A stretch of 60,085 nt of DNA, the filler included, from Sluysia triapertura (taxonomy: Eukaryota), in NCBI GenBank assembly GCA_046118255.1. It is 4 parts of 4 records of this genome, joined end to end, with 100 filler letters (N's around TTAATTAATTAA, not from the genome) between each part and the next. Parts side by side here need not be neighbours in the genome. Positions count along the whole stretch, not along the records: positions 30,535 to 46,668 come from JBJNIA010210034.1; positions 46,769 to 60,085 come from JBJNIA010047124.1; 2 more parts are not named here. The stretch is one strand, 5' to 3'. Shown here piece by piece: positions 36,751 through 49,419 of the stretch. A program made the translations under genes and the position numbers. The notes below the pieces were generated by a model. That model did no database searches. It had not been told where the DNA came from and saw only the letters and a list, made by a program, of their open reading frames with translations. Position 1 is the stretch's first letter. The number at the start of each line of letters is the position of its first letter.

Positions 36751-39700
36751 TGGTGGTACGTAATGATCGAAATAATCAAAGTTAAGCAATAATAGTAGTA
36801 CCAATTGCGAATGGAATATTAATTTCAGATTCAAGTCGTTCGTAAAAGTACTATTAATAATATATACTCAATTATTATAATAATAATTAATTATTATTAT
36901 TAATAATATTAATAATAATAATAATTAATAATAATTTATAGTAATATTAATTATAAATTGAATTTTATTGGAATTTCTTTTAGTTTCATAAAACATTAAT
37001 TCGAAATTGATTTATTAAACAATGATGTTTAAAATAATAATAAGTGAATTTCATATTCTTGAAATTTTTGAACATCATTAACATTTAAGCAGTTTTCTTG
37101 ATAGAGTCGATGATTATAGGTGCTTCAGAACTTTGGCAAAAATATCAAAACTCCTGTAAACATTATAATTGGGTTTAATATAAATAAAATGATATAAAAA
37201 TTTTGTTTTTGCTTAACATAAATTACCGAAGCAAATTAACTAGACTTGTATGAAGCAAATAACAAAAATTATTTATGATTTTTGTATTAAAAATGAATTA
37301 TATCATTTTTGTCAATTAAACACAGATAATAAATAAATCATAATAAATAATAATAATAATAGATAATAAATCTTGTATATTATAAGTACTAGAGAAATAT
37401 TTTATTAAAAAGTAATTTTAATTTTATTGAACGTACTATATTTAAATAAAAATTATAAGTTTTTGAACATTGTACATTTTATTTTTATTTTTATAAATAA
37501 TGAAAAATAAAAAATACGAAATATTTTAGTTTTCTTTAATTTTTTGAAAAGTATTTCATGAAAACTCTTAAGACTTTCATCCTTTTTACGTTTTTACTTT
37601 TGTTTTAATCAAATTATCGAATGTTCATGAATCAACTTTAGATTGAAACAAAAAATCTAAGGAGATTTGCTTTCTTATGCCTTATTTAAACATTGGAATT
37701 AAAAAGGTTTTTCTTCAATTTATTTTAAATATTTACATCATCATGGAAAATCAATCGGTAATCATTTGATAATTAATAATGTTTCTCAGTAATGATTATA
37801 ATAATATTAATGATAAGTAATATGTTGTGTTTAAGTTTATTTAATCAACAATAAAACCATGAAAACATTCAATAAAAAGGTTTTACAAGATAACACAATA
37901 ATTCTCACGTTACATCATCAATTTTCTAAGTCCAGTTTATTGGATGATGAAGTGTCATCAAATCAGATAATCGAGACGATAACAACATCAGAAAGCAGTC
38001 CATATTTTTAACAATAATTTCTTGGTTTAGGAATTAGAATTAGTTGCAATGACATTTTTGCCATATAATTGTAAATGAATAAAAACAAAAGACAAATTTA
38101 GATTTTTAACTTTGAATGAATTAGAATATAATGCTTCGGTTGACTTTTCATCGTATTTGTTCAATAAGAATCTGAACTTTAACATTGAATGACGTTAATT
38201 GATCAGTGTGTTTTGAATCTATTTTTGTAGAAGTTTGATAATTCTGGTTATTCACAGTTTTATACACTACATTCATTTAACAGATGTACTTTTATTTATA
38301 ACAGTCGGACTTAATCAGTTGTACGGCTATTTTTGACTAAAGGATTTTTTTTGTTTTTTACCGAGATAACTTTACAATTGATAAAATATTAGAAAAGCTA
38401 TTGTTGATTTGGTAATGGTTTTATTTTTTACAACCATGTTCAATCATTATGTATGAAATTTATTTAAATTTTTTAATCCCGTGAATTGGTGTTTTGCATT
38501 GGATTGATAAAAATGATTACATTGCTTCTGAAATAATATGAATCATGGCATTATTATTACGGTTTAAAGGTGATCTTACTTATGCAAAAGGTAAGAAAGG
38601 TAAAGACTGAAAAGTCATAAGATCTTTGCAATGTTTTCAAGTGTTAGATAATTTGCATGTAATAGTTTTAATGTTTACATGTTTTATAATGAATAGATTA
38701 GAGTAAGTTGTGTTTTGTCAATACACAACATATTTCAAACATCAATTTAAGTCAATTATGCTATATCCTGAATACATTTATCTAAACTACATTCATCAAT
38801 CAACTTTCAATTTGTGTAAATAAATTAAATGTATTTTATAATTTATGCGAAATTGTTCACGGATAGTTCAGTTTTTGATTTCCATGTTAACCATGTTAGT
38901 ACATGTTACTTGTTCTTTAAGTACACAAGAAACCTTAAGATAAATCACCTTTAATATAGTTTAAATAAGTGTAATTCTTTAAGATAAGATGTAATATGAA
39001 TCTATTTTGTAATAATAATTACTATAATTATAATTACATTTATATTAATTAAAAAATTTTAATTTATAAAATAATCACTGATATCATCACTATTGTCATT
39101 ATTGGCTAAGGCAGCTGCCAATTCAAATTTCATTGGAGCAACTTAATTCAAATAAAATAAATTTAATTTTTCGCAACACAATTATTAATAAATGAAACAT
39201 TATAATTCAAAATTTTGAAAGCTAATTTCGTAAAATTTTGTTTTCGATTAATAAGGGTAAACTTGCTATATTACCTTTCTCTTTAAATAATTTCAACGAT
39301 TCTCAATTAAATTTGGCTGCACTTTACTTGCGTGACCACGAGAGAATTAAGGAAGCAGATCTTTTTCTGAATAAAAAGATGTAATTACTTGGTGGAAGTC
39401 AAAAGGAACTAAATGTATTTTCTTTTTTATGTAACTTGTGGTCACATGTGTGACATGTTAGCTGAAAACGATAAAGCTTTTGATATTCAGAATGTTGTTT
39501 AAAATATGCTAAAAAGAAATCGTAACTTCAAGATAAAACCAAATACGTTCCAGAACACTTAAGAACTTATTCAATCAGTACAAAAGAAAATTACACGAAG
39601 CAGTTCTGGTTCACATTATTAATATCGATAACCAATATAATCATGAAGAAGCTACATCAGATTTTCGATAATGTATGATCTTATTGCAACAATTTTATCA

Positions 39701-40210
39701 ATAATAGAATAGAATTTTTTCAATTGGCGAATGGAATCGCATGTGATGAAAGATATCTAATCTATTCACATATTTCTGAAGCTTATCTATATTTATTCAA
39801 ACAGTTTAGTAAGCTTTTCATATCTTGTGTTTCTAACAAAGTGTATATATTTTTATTATTTTATTATTTTAGCAAGATTTTAAGTATCTTTTTGTTTTTA
39901 TTTATAATTCTAGGTTTAATCATTTTAATGAAGAAATTTATAACCGAATATAATGATGTGGCAAATAAAATTTCTCGTACTTCAATTAGGATTGGTTATA
40001 AGAATTGAAATAAATTCCTACCATGTTCGATTAATCGGTATTAAGGTTGCAATAAATCTTAGTCATTCTTTTAGACCATTAAGTTTTATAAAATATTTTA
40101 TCAGAACTTTTCCATATAAATATAAAGTATGACTAACAAATATTACTTAGAATATGATTTAAGATTCATCGTATAGCTTTCAATTAATCTAAAGTAAAAT
40201 GATGTATCAT

Positions 40211-42270
40211 CAGGCTATCAATGAGTATTGTAACACGCGCTCCTCATGAGCTTGAGATGCGGCACGAGGCTTGATAACAATGTATAAAATAATTATATTT
40301 TCGGATTAGATTGAAATTTGAATTTAAACTATTTTTAAGCATTTGAATATACCACCAATGGCATTTGCGCACTCCTTTGGATTCATGTTGTCTCTAAGTT
40401 GGTAACATCGATAAAATAGATCGTACCGAAGAGTCGTGAGATCGTTTTTAGACAGTTTCTTCGCAGTTGCAAATTGCAATTATTATTTGCCTAATTTATT
40501 AATACTCATCAAATAATTGCCCGTAAGTATTAATTATATTAGAGAGCATTCAAATTGATGTAAAAAATCAGATAAGTAATAATCTAAAGGTAACAAAATA
40601 CGTGAGAAATCATAGTTTCAGTGTTTCAAAACACGTACAATTAAATAAAATATTTAGAAAATTGGTTTCATCATAGATTTCTGTATAAAATCTTAATTAG
40701 GTGTTTAATTTCTAAAGACATGTTTATATTGCATATAAATAAAACAATGCTTCTTATTTTTTTTAGAAAATAAAATTATCTGATTGTAAAAATAATAAAA
40801 AAGATCAATACAAGACGAACACAGAATTTTTCAACCAAGATGGGAGTTAAATTACTTTTTATAGAGCTAAAAGACAAAGCTTCATGTTTAATTTGTAAAC
40901 AGACGATAAATGATTTGAAAGAATATCATTTAAAACGCCATTATGAAATTCATTCAGAATATAAGCAATTTACGAGAAAAATAAGAGAAGACAAGTTAAA
41001 AAAATTAAAAAGTGAACTTAAGTCACAACAATCATTTTTTTAAAAATCGAGTTCAAACTAGTTTCATTATTTCGAAACTTATAGCCAAACGTTCAAAATG
41101 TTTCACAGGCGGTGATTTTGTTAAGGAGTACATGTTAAAAACTTCAGAAGTATTCGAAAAGTAAAAAGGCATTTTATTATCAAGAAATTGTGCTGTTGAG
41201 ATAATTAATGATATCACTACTAATATTAGTCAAAATCTTGAAAATGATTTAAGAAATATTCAACATTTTTCACTTGCAATTGATGAAACTGCAGATATTA
41301 CCGGCCAAGCGCTACTTGATGTCTTTATTCGTGCTTATGACAAAGATTTCACTGTTACCGAAGAACTCCTCTACATTTTATCTCTTAAAAACATCAATAC
41401 ATTTTTTAATCTTCCTTTATTTAAATTAGTACGTCTAGCTACAAACGGTGCGAAAGCAATGACGGGAAGAATGGATTTATATCTAAATATTAGCTAAACA
41501 ACGCGATATTTCTCCCGATAACCAATTTCGTCCTGTTCATTGCATCATACATGAGGAGATACTGTGTTACAAAGTAATAAAAATAGAAAACGTTCTTCAC
41601 TTTGTCAAAAAACTATAAATTTTATACGATCTCGAGGTTTGAATCAACAACAATTACTGCCAGAAATTGAAAATAAACATGATGGATTAATTTCTTATAC
41701 GAAAGTGCGTTGGATTTCTTGCCACAGAATTTTTATGCGGTTCTGGGAACTTCGTAATGAAATGAAAGATCACTCCGTTGAACAATTTAAAGATAAAAAT
41801 TGGATGTAGGATTTAACCTTTCTAACCGATGTTACACAACATTTAAAACTTCAGGGTTGAAATAAAGCTATCACACAGATGTGGAAGTTTATTAAGGCAT
41901 TTAAATTAAAACTCGCAATTTTGAAAAAACAAATAAAATTTGCGATTTAGTTTATTTTCCCGCTTGTAAAAGTTATAAAGAATCGTATATTAATTGTAAT
42001 TTTGTCAAATATACTTCATATTTTGACGATCTGTTAGAATTTGAAATAAGATTTCAGTTTTCAAGCGTGTGAAGATTTTTTGTTCAATGCCCCATTTTCA
42101 TATAATAATGGAAAAGCAAGCAGCAAAGTGCAAATGTTGTTGGTAGAAACTCAATGTAATGCAGCATTGCAAGAAAAATATAACGAAGTAGACGTATCCG
42201 AGTTTTATTCGTTTTGTCTGAAAACTTTAATGAAATACGACTGTGTGCATCAAGAATTATTGCGATATTT
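40211..42270 (+). mobile_element. hAT Charlie/SPIN-like (GTF2IRD2-like) transposon, near full length, pseudogenised
   Basis: BED finger CLICKQ..KEYHLKRHYEIH; FSLAIDETADITGQA; LATNGAKAM; VHCIIHEEILC; INFIRSRGLN; YTKVRWIS; DLTFLTDVT; FNAPFS. Many frameshifts. Confidence 0.92.
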
Positions 42271-42276
42271 TAACTA

Positions 42277-42278
<2 letters not shown>

Positions 42279-42322
<44 letters not shown>
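42279..42322. repeat. (ATT)n microsatellite
   Basis: Directly visible; truncates the hAT ORF. Confidence 0.95.
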
Positions 42323-42323
<1 letters not shown>

Positions 42324-42539
42324 GCATTATTAAAAGTATTATTTCTCTTGAAATAATTAATTGAAGTCATTAGTCATAACTAAATCTATTTGAAAACATC
42401 TGTTTATGGTTAGTGACCTTGTATTCAAACTAACTATGTATAGTGTTTAAAAGCGCATCATTTTTATAACTATTTATTCAATATAGTTCGTCAACAGTTT
42501 TTCATACAAGACACTTTAATAGAAAAAAATAATTAATCA

Positions 42540-42935
42540 AGCATCACGACCAATTTTACTAGTGGGAACACCTCATGTAAAACCTTATCTTAAGAAATTA
42601 CATTGGTTGCCAATAAAAGGAAGAATTGAATTCAAAGGCATGACAATAATTTATAAGTCCTGAATATATTTTAGAAATAAAAAAAATTGGAAACCAAGAT
42701 GAATAATCTATACAGAATCCACACTGGTAACAAGCTAGTTGATAGGTTGTATACCGTTTGTTTCAAAAATATACAAGTTACCTGAGAATGTCAAATTGCT
42801 AGAGGATTATTAAATACTTAGGAAAAAAGCAAAGTTCTTTCTGTTTCAGAAATATTATGGTTAATGATTTAATTTAAGTGCATTTGAGAACTTAATTTGC
42901 AATGGACATGAGCGCAACAAATTAATATTATTATT
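42540..42935 (+). mobile_element. L2-like LINE 3' fragment (copy 6)
   Basis: HVKPYLKKLHWLPIKGRIEFKGMTIIYK...PENVKLLEDY*ILRKKAKFFLFQKYY. Confidence 0.82.
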
Positions 42936-43357
42936 GATCATTCAATGCTAAGTTTTATATCCTGACACTTTTATTAACTATTATTTATTTAAAGTATTTT
43001 TTTGTCGCAAGCTAAGAATTTTAGATTTTTAATTCTGTTTAATCCAATAATGCTTGTAAAATTATGTTTCTGATATGACTTCGATGTTTTTTATCAATTT
43101 CATATATATATTACTAAAACTGTTTGGACATATCAAGCCACTTCTTAATTTAAATTAATATTTTTTACTAAACATGTGAACCTATTATCATTCAGTCTAT
43201 TATTGCTACGCACTATTATCATAATTGTTATTTCCAGGATTGTTACTTGATTTTATTTTGTACTTAAAATATTAATCAATCTGTATATCTATAATGCAAT
43301 TCGTAGACCTACACTTAAAAATTATAAATCTTTACCTAATGAGACAGTAACTAAGTA

Positions 43358-43864
43358 CACCAATACCTCACTTTGCATCGGGGTTACGTTCCAAATATTG
43401 AAACGACGCAAAGTGAATTAAGATTTCCCATAGCAAACCATGTAAAGATCGAAGATAGGTTCCAGGGTTACGAAAATACTACTTTTTAAAAAGAAAACTG
43501 AACAAAGCAAACATTTAGAAAACAAATATATAAAATTTTATTACACTTATGCAAAAGAACAAAAAAAACGTGTTCAATTAAAACAAAATAAACTACTCTA
43601 AAATTAGCAACAGACTACATAATTGAAACAAAGCGAAGTGAAAATAAAACAGAAAGGGAATACCCGAGTTTTTGATGGCATGGCGCAATTAGAAACAAAA
43701 GTTGTGCCATCTTTTAGAAAAAAAAATTCCAAAAATTAAAGACTTAACCCAAAACAACGCAACATCGAAAATCTAACGACGCACCGTGAAAATTAGTACT
43801 AATTAAGCAGCGACGCAACTTCGAAAAAATGCAAAACGAAACGACGCAAAGCGAAGTATTGGTG
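43358..43864. mobile_element. Tigger/pogo-type MITE (507 bp)
   Basis: TA flanks. TIRs caccaatacctcactttgcatc / gacgcaaagcgaagtattggtg (19/22 match). Repeated acgacgca subterminal motifs. No ORF. Confidence 0.9.
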
Positions 43865-44858
43865 TATATAGAGCAGTATTAGCATTTGTTTTAATTTGTA
43901 CTTTTAGACTTTCGTATCGCGATTAATGTCAATTAAACGATTTTATCTCAGTATTATAAACTAGTATTACTATTACACTTTCATAGTAATATTGAGAAAA
44001 ATTTGGTGCGTTGGACAAAATATTCAATACTAATTTGGTAACATTTGGCAAATGATATAATATTTTGAATTCAATGTGTTTTAATAAAATTTCCAACGTA
44101 CTTATATTCAATCTCAAATTAAATCACGCTAATGTAGAATCAACATCTTCATGAAACATCCATCAAAATTAAGCATATCATAGAATGTGATGTAGACCGT
44201 TATGATACTGTGACTCAAACTATTCAAGCAAAATAAAAATAAAACATTGTCCACCAATTACGTTTTATAATATGGAAATTGGTGTTCTAAGTAATTTTGT
44301 TTTATCGAATTAAAAAGTACAGAATATAGTAAAAGGAACTTTATAACATAATTTGAAATGTTTAGTTTTACGAAAATAACATAAATCAACCTCCAAACAC
44401 TAAAATTGAGTAATTCTTTAATTCTATGAGGTTTATATCAGGAAATGAGATACCAAAATTCAAAACATATGTAATTCATATAATTGTTTGTAAATATACT
44501 TTATCTGATAATTCTTTTTGAAATATCAAAATTTCAATGGAATGAACGCACCATTGGATTGTACATATACCCTTTTATAAAGAGTATAACACTGTTAAAC
44601 ACTTCAATAACTTAAATATTTTATCGAAAAATTTCTCTTAAAAAAGCCCTAAATATTATCCTTTTAAATATTAATTAGTATATTTTTAATATAATTTTTA
44701 AATATTCTTCTGAGGGTTAATATTAATAAACTCAAGTATAGTTAAACTACATTGTAAGCATTAAATGAAATGCTATTTCTGAAACAAATTTCTAAAATTT
44801 GACTTTATAGGTCTAAACTTATACTTTATAAGCACTACTAAAAATGATAAAATCATAC

Positions 44859-45265
44859 CGGATTATTAGTTAACACTACCAAATATGTACTAATTGCATC
44901 ATTAATACTACCAGCAGCAACCAATGCCGAAGCCAAATTAATATAAGCATCAATAAAATTTGGCTTGTAACTTAAAGCTTGTTTATAGAAATTAATTGCT
45001 TCTAGCAACTGTCCTTTTTCTTTATAAACATTGCCCAAATTCGAATAAGCTTCAGCCATTTGAGGATTATTTTTAATTGCTAACTGACAAAAGAAAGCTG
45101 ATTTATCTAATTTTTTCAGTTGGAAATAAACAGAACTAAGAAATAATAAAATTGCACTGTTGTTTGGGTCTAATTTCCATATTTCTAAGCAATACTTTTC
45201 TGCCCTTTCATAATTACCAACTTGATATTCACGGTGCGCAATTCCCAAAGCTTGCGATATCATAT
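44859..45265 (-). CDS. OGT: O-GlcNAc transferase (UDP-GlcNAc:peptide N-acetylglucosaminyltransferase), N-terminal TPR exon
   Basis: AHREYQVGNYERAEKYC..LLFLSSVYFQ..AIKNNP.MAEAYSNLGNVYKEKGQL..KPNFIDAYINLASALVAAG is the OGT N-terminus. Donor ccg|gtatga, acceptor tttaag. Downstream exons not found in this contig. Confidence 0.93.
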
Positions 45266-45296
45266 CTTAAACATAACTATCTTTTAAATAAATTAC

Positions 45297-45321
45297 TTGG
45301 ATTCATCGGTCTTTCATTCAT
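45297..45321 (-). CDS. OGT: Putative OGT first coding exon (MNERPMNP), followed by a 31-nt intron
   Basis: ATG at 45321, GTAATT donor at 45296 and AG at 45267-45266. Splicing joins it in frame (phase 1). Confidence 0.55.
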
Positions 45322-46195
45322 TCTCAAAAATCAACTACAAGAAATTTTAAAATCACCAATAAAAGTAATTTATGACTGTCAAAACTAAAAATATTATTAA
45401 ATTATAAACCAATAATATTATAAACCAAGTTAATTATAAATTTTAAAACTAAAAATTATTTTATCACAAAATCTTTTTATAGTAACTAATTTATGTAATA
45501 AGTGTTTATTTGGCATAAACGAAATTGAAAGTAAATAATAAATGCAGTTAAACAATTAGCTTCCTTAGATGCATCGTAATAATTTTTTGAAATTATCTTA
45601 AATAATTGACACCTTTGTTTTATTTACAACTTAAAATTTTAAATTAATGTTTATAACAGTTTAAAAAACTAAATAAATGCGATAACTTGTAGATCGTTCT
45701 GTTAAAATTTCAAAATTAATTAATATTATAAATATATTTCACGCGTTATCTCCGTTAATTTAAATCGTGAGGCTTTAATTTTTCAATTAATGCAGAGCTT
45801 TTCCAAAAATATCACTTTAATTAAAATACAAGGATATTTCTAATTTATTTCTTTTCATAATTGCAATATGTCTTACTTTTTCTTAGGATTTGCCTATAAT
45901 CTACGATTTATATTCTCGCGAAAGACATAACTCTACGTAAAGATATTTCTTATTCTAATTGTGATTTATTTCTTTTTAATTCTCTTTTAAAATAATAATA
46001 TGCTGGTGTTTTTATAATTTTCTCACACTTAACAGCAAATTACCTGAGGGATCGGTCCACCTAATATATATGCTTTATACCAATTCTGGAGACGTATTAT
46101 TATGGTTTTATGATCAAAATTTATATTAAACTAACTTACTGGCTGATGCAACTAAACAAGATCAAGTTTTTGAAGTTTAGAATTTTATCAGTTTG

Positions 46196-46320
46196 CACAA
46201 CCATATATTAAGGTGTTGTTTCACAAATACTTTACACAACCCTCTTACTGAGATGTTGTATTGAAAAAGGATATGTCATGTATATTTCACAACCATTTTT
46301 ATTAAGGTGCTGTTGCACAA
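46196..46320. repeat. Three tandem imperfect hairpin motifs CACAACC-(N)-AGGTGTTGT
   Basis: Units at about 46196, 46235 and 46288; same motif as 30543-30866. Confidence 0.75.
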
Positions 46321-46668
46321 ATAGTGCTGGGTGTTTCCTTAAACTAAAAACCTAACCTACAGCAAAATAATTAATTATTATGAGTCCGTTTACAATATAC
46401 GACTAACTAATGGCGTACCTGTAAAAATTACGTGAAAGCAACTGTCAAAATTAATAGTGCAAAAGAGATGCTTCGCCTTAACTTAACAATAATGGGCAAA
46501 AATCATTGTATGTCAATTAACAACAAATAACCTACTGTCAGAATTATTAATATTTAACTAACAAATTCAATAATTGTGTATATTTTATTTGTTATTTTAT
46601 TATTTATTTATTGTTTTATTATATTTTTACAAATTATTTTATTATTATTATATTTTTATAAAATTTTA

Positions 46669-46768
46669 NNNNNNNNNNNNNNNNNNNNNNNNNNNNNNNN
46701 NNNNNNNNNNNNTTAATTAATTAANNNNNNNNNNNNNNNNNNNNNNNNNNNNNNNNNNNNNNNNNNNN
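46669..46768. other. Artificial assembly spacer
   Basis: N44-TTAATTAATTAA-N44. Confidence 0.98.
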
Positions 46769-47085
46769 AAGATACCTCAGAAAGCTCAAATTGCAAGTTA
46801 CAAGATTGCTCAGTTGATTGCTAAACGCAAAAAAGCACATACAGAGCTGAAGTAATTATCGCGCCAGCACTTGCTGTTATTGTCAAAACGATGCTCGGAC
46901 CTGAAGCAGCTGAAAAAATAAAAACAGTATCACTGTCAGACAATACAATTTCAAGGAGAACTGAAGAATTATCATCTGATTTGCAAGATCAAATTCGAGA
47001 ACATTTTGAAACACCTGGATATAAGCTTTGGGCACTTCAAATTGATGAATCCATTGACATAAGTGGAAAAGCTCAGGTTCTTATT
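46769..47085 (+). mobile_element. hAT Buster (ZBED5/ZBED8/FAM200-like) transposase fragment
   Basis: ASYKIAQLIAKRKKAHTEAE.II.PA..MLG....EKIKTVSLSDNTISRR..WALQIDESIDISGKAQ. Confidence 0.9.
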
Positions 47086-48165
47086 AGTAGTACATGTACT
47101 CTAATACAGTGAAAATTATTATATAAAATTATGCAGCAATACGATGCAAAATTAGTATAAAGAGATAGACCAAGCCATTGGAAACAGAAAAATTTTATAT
47201 CATCGATTTTATACAAAATTTGAAGGGCCATAAGGGTAATCGTCTACGGACTCTACCGAGTTTGGATTAATTGTTCATGAGACAAGTGCATTACGGATTG
47301 TGCTTGAACCTCAAAACTTGGATTAATTCACTATGACATTTCTTTTTGGAGATATTAAATTAACTATTGGTGATAGAAACGGAAGTAGCTTTACTATATG
47401 GTGCATAATTTAAAAATTTAAAATTTACAAACTTTTATAACATAAAAATGTTTCTTAACGAGTATTTCGACCATAACATATAAAATTAAAATTTGCAAAC
47501 TTTTGAAAATTAGTATTTTGATTGATCTACATTTACTTGGGCATTTATAAGCAAAAATAAAAAATCGTCATTATTTATTGTATTCGTTGGAATTCTAGAT
47601 AGGTTGTATAAAATGTGTAACACCTCTCTAAAATCACAAATCATGAACTATAAATCCAGAATTATAAATCCAATCATTCCGATCTTCAGGTGCCTTTTGA
47701 GGCCAAATTATTAAGTATTGAGAGCTTTCTTGATGGTTATTTCTAGTACTTATTAAAAACATGTGTTACAATGAATTAAGTGTAAATAAAATATAAATTT
47801 ATTCCTAAAATCGAATAGAATAATTTAAATGCTAATAGTAAATAATCTTTCCTAAATAATCTAAAGCAATAATAGAAATAAATAAAGAGCAAAAAAACTT
47901 AAACTTTGAAGAAAAGCTGAACAAACGAGTTAATTTAAATTAATTATTTTAATTTAATTTAATTTTAATTAATTATTATTTAATGTTTATAAATAATATA
48001 TTTAAATTATTTGATTATCTTGTTAAACAAATAGTACAATTTCAATTTTTTCGAATACATATGATCTTATTTATTTCAATTTTTTCCATAAAAGTTTAAA
48101 GATTTTGAAATATAAATTTTTATTTTGTGAATGTTTAATTCATTATTTAACACTCGTTGACTAAC

Positions 48166-48328
48166 TTTTCTACCAACATAAAGTGGAATTCCAATCACCA
48201 TAGCAGGTATTGCTAAAGCTGCTAAAAACCCAATCGCAACTGGAGCTCCTATCAACGTACCTAATTGCCATAAAGCTCTTTTTTCTACATTCCATTGCCT
48301 TCTACCCCAGAATGTACAGCCAGATGGA
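48166..48328 (-). CDS. RNF19: RNF19-type RBR E3 ligase, exon with first transmembrane segment
   Basis: (S)PSGCTFWGRRQWNVEKRALWQLGTLIGAPVAIGFLAALAIPAMVIGIPLYVGRK, diagnostic for RNF19; tttag acceptor and gttagt donor. Confidence 0.93.
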
Positions 48329-48482
48329 CTAAATTAAAAAATATCGTATTGTTTTTAATTTTTTTCGCAGAATATGTGCTTGTTTTTTATTGTTGACACA
48401 AAAACTACTATTTGATAATTCAAATGAAAATCTCATGTTATTATTATCTACTTATTTCAGATTCTGTTTGTGCTTAATTTAA

Positions 48483-48634
48483 TACATTATGAGCGGGTCA
48501 GTTATTTTCACTGTTTCGTGAAATGTCACCTTATAGCGAAATGATTATTTATACCATTTGAAAAGTATTTATTTTAAAAATTTCGCCCGCTATGCAATCT
48601 AGTTGGGTCTGTTAGACCATTTGCTCATTATTTT
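48483..48634. mobile_element. piggyBac-type MITE, second (inverted, degraded) copy of the 16665 family, intronic
   Basis: TTAA + tacattatgagcgggt. The right part tagttgggtctgttagaccatttgctcat is the approximate reverse complement of 16671-16699. Confidence 0.75.
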
Positions 48635-48735
48635 GAATTTAAAATTAAAATAAAATTAAAATATTCAAAAATGTTTAAGTAACTTTGTATATTTATAATA
48701 AACTTGAAATAAAACTACAAATCTGCAAGCCTAAC

Positions 48736-48877
48736 CTAAGATAATGCATGTCAGTAATTTGTCGCATACACAACCAACAAAATTCACACCCACATATAAT
48801 ACATACCATGTGATTGCAACTACCATCATTCATTTTCAGAACAAATGTGTGACATTTCGGGCATGTTTTTATTTCAC
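48736..48877 (-). CDS. RNF19: RNF19-type RBR E3 ligase, RING2 exon
   Basis: [46 protein letters not shown]; ttacag acceptor (phase 1) and gttagg donor (phase 2, matching the next exon). Confidence 0.95.
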
Positions 48878-49217
48878 CTGTAATATAACAAAGGCAATAA
48901 AACAATTAATATCATATAATAATGCCAATAATAACATATCAAAAGAAACCATTAAATTTATGTTCTTAGTCAACTAATAGTACAAAAGAGCAGTTAATTT
49001 TTATACATTAAAAAGCAGTTGATTGTAATTAAAGTTAATCTCTTCGCCTGTTTTGACGAATCAGACGCGTCACGCGTTATTTAAGCCAAAATAGATTTTG
49101 ACGAGACAAATATATTTTTTATTTGTGTATTAATGTTGAATAATAATATAAGTAAAGCGCAAATTAAATTGAATTTATGCGCACTCAAAAATTAAATAAA
49201 TAAATAAACAATGTTAA

Positions 49218-49419
49218 CCCATTAGCAACCATGGTTTATTTTTCATTTATTGCAACATATTTTTAATGAAATTTCCTGGTACAATCATAGCATTGGTATG
49301 TGTTGCATACATAAAAAATGTTTTTATAAGATTTGAGCTTATATGTAAGGTGATATACCAAGATAACTAAATGCATGTCATGATTATTAAATTTTGAAAA
49401 AAAACTGGTCCTTAATGGG
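49218..49419. mobile_element. piggyBac-type MITE (202 bp), different family
   Basis: TTAA at 49214-49217 and 49420-49423; imperfect TIRs cccattagcaacca / tggtccttaatggg. Confidence 0.75.

Noticed and set aside
43929-44117. LPNVTKLVLNILS resembling a hAT dimerisation domain
   Set aside because: The ERxFS motif is missing; too weak to call.
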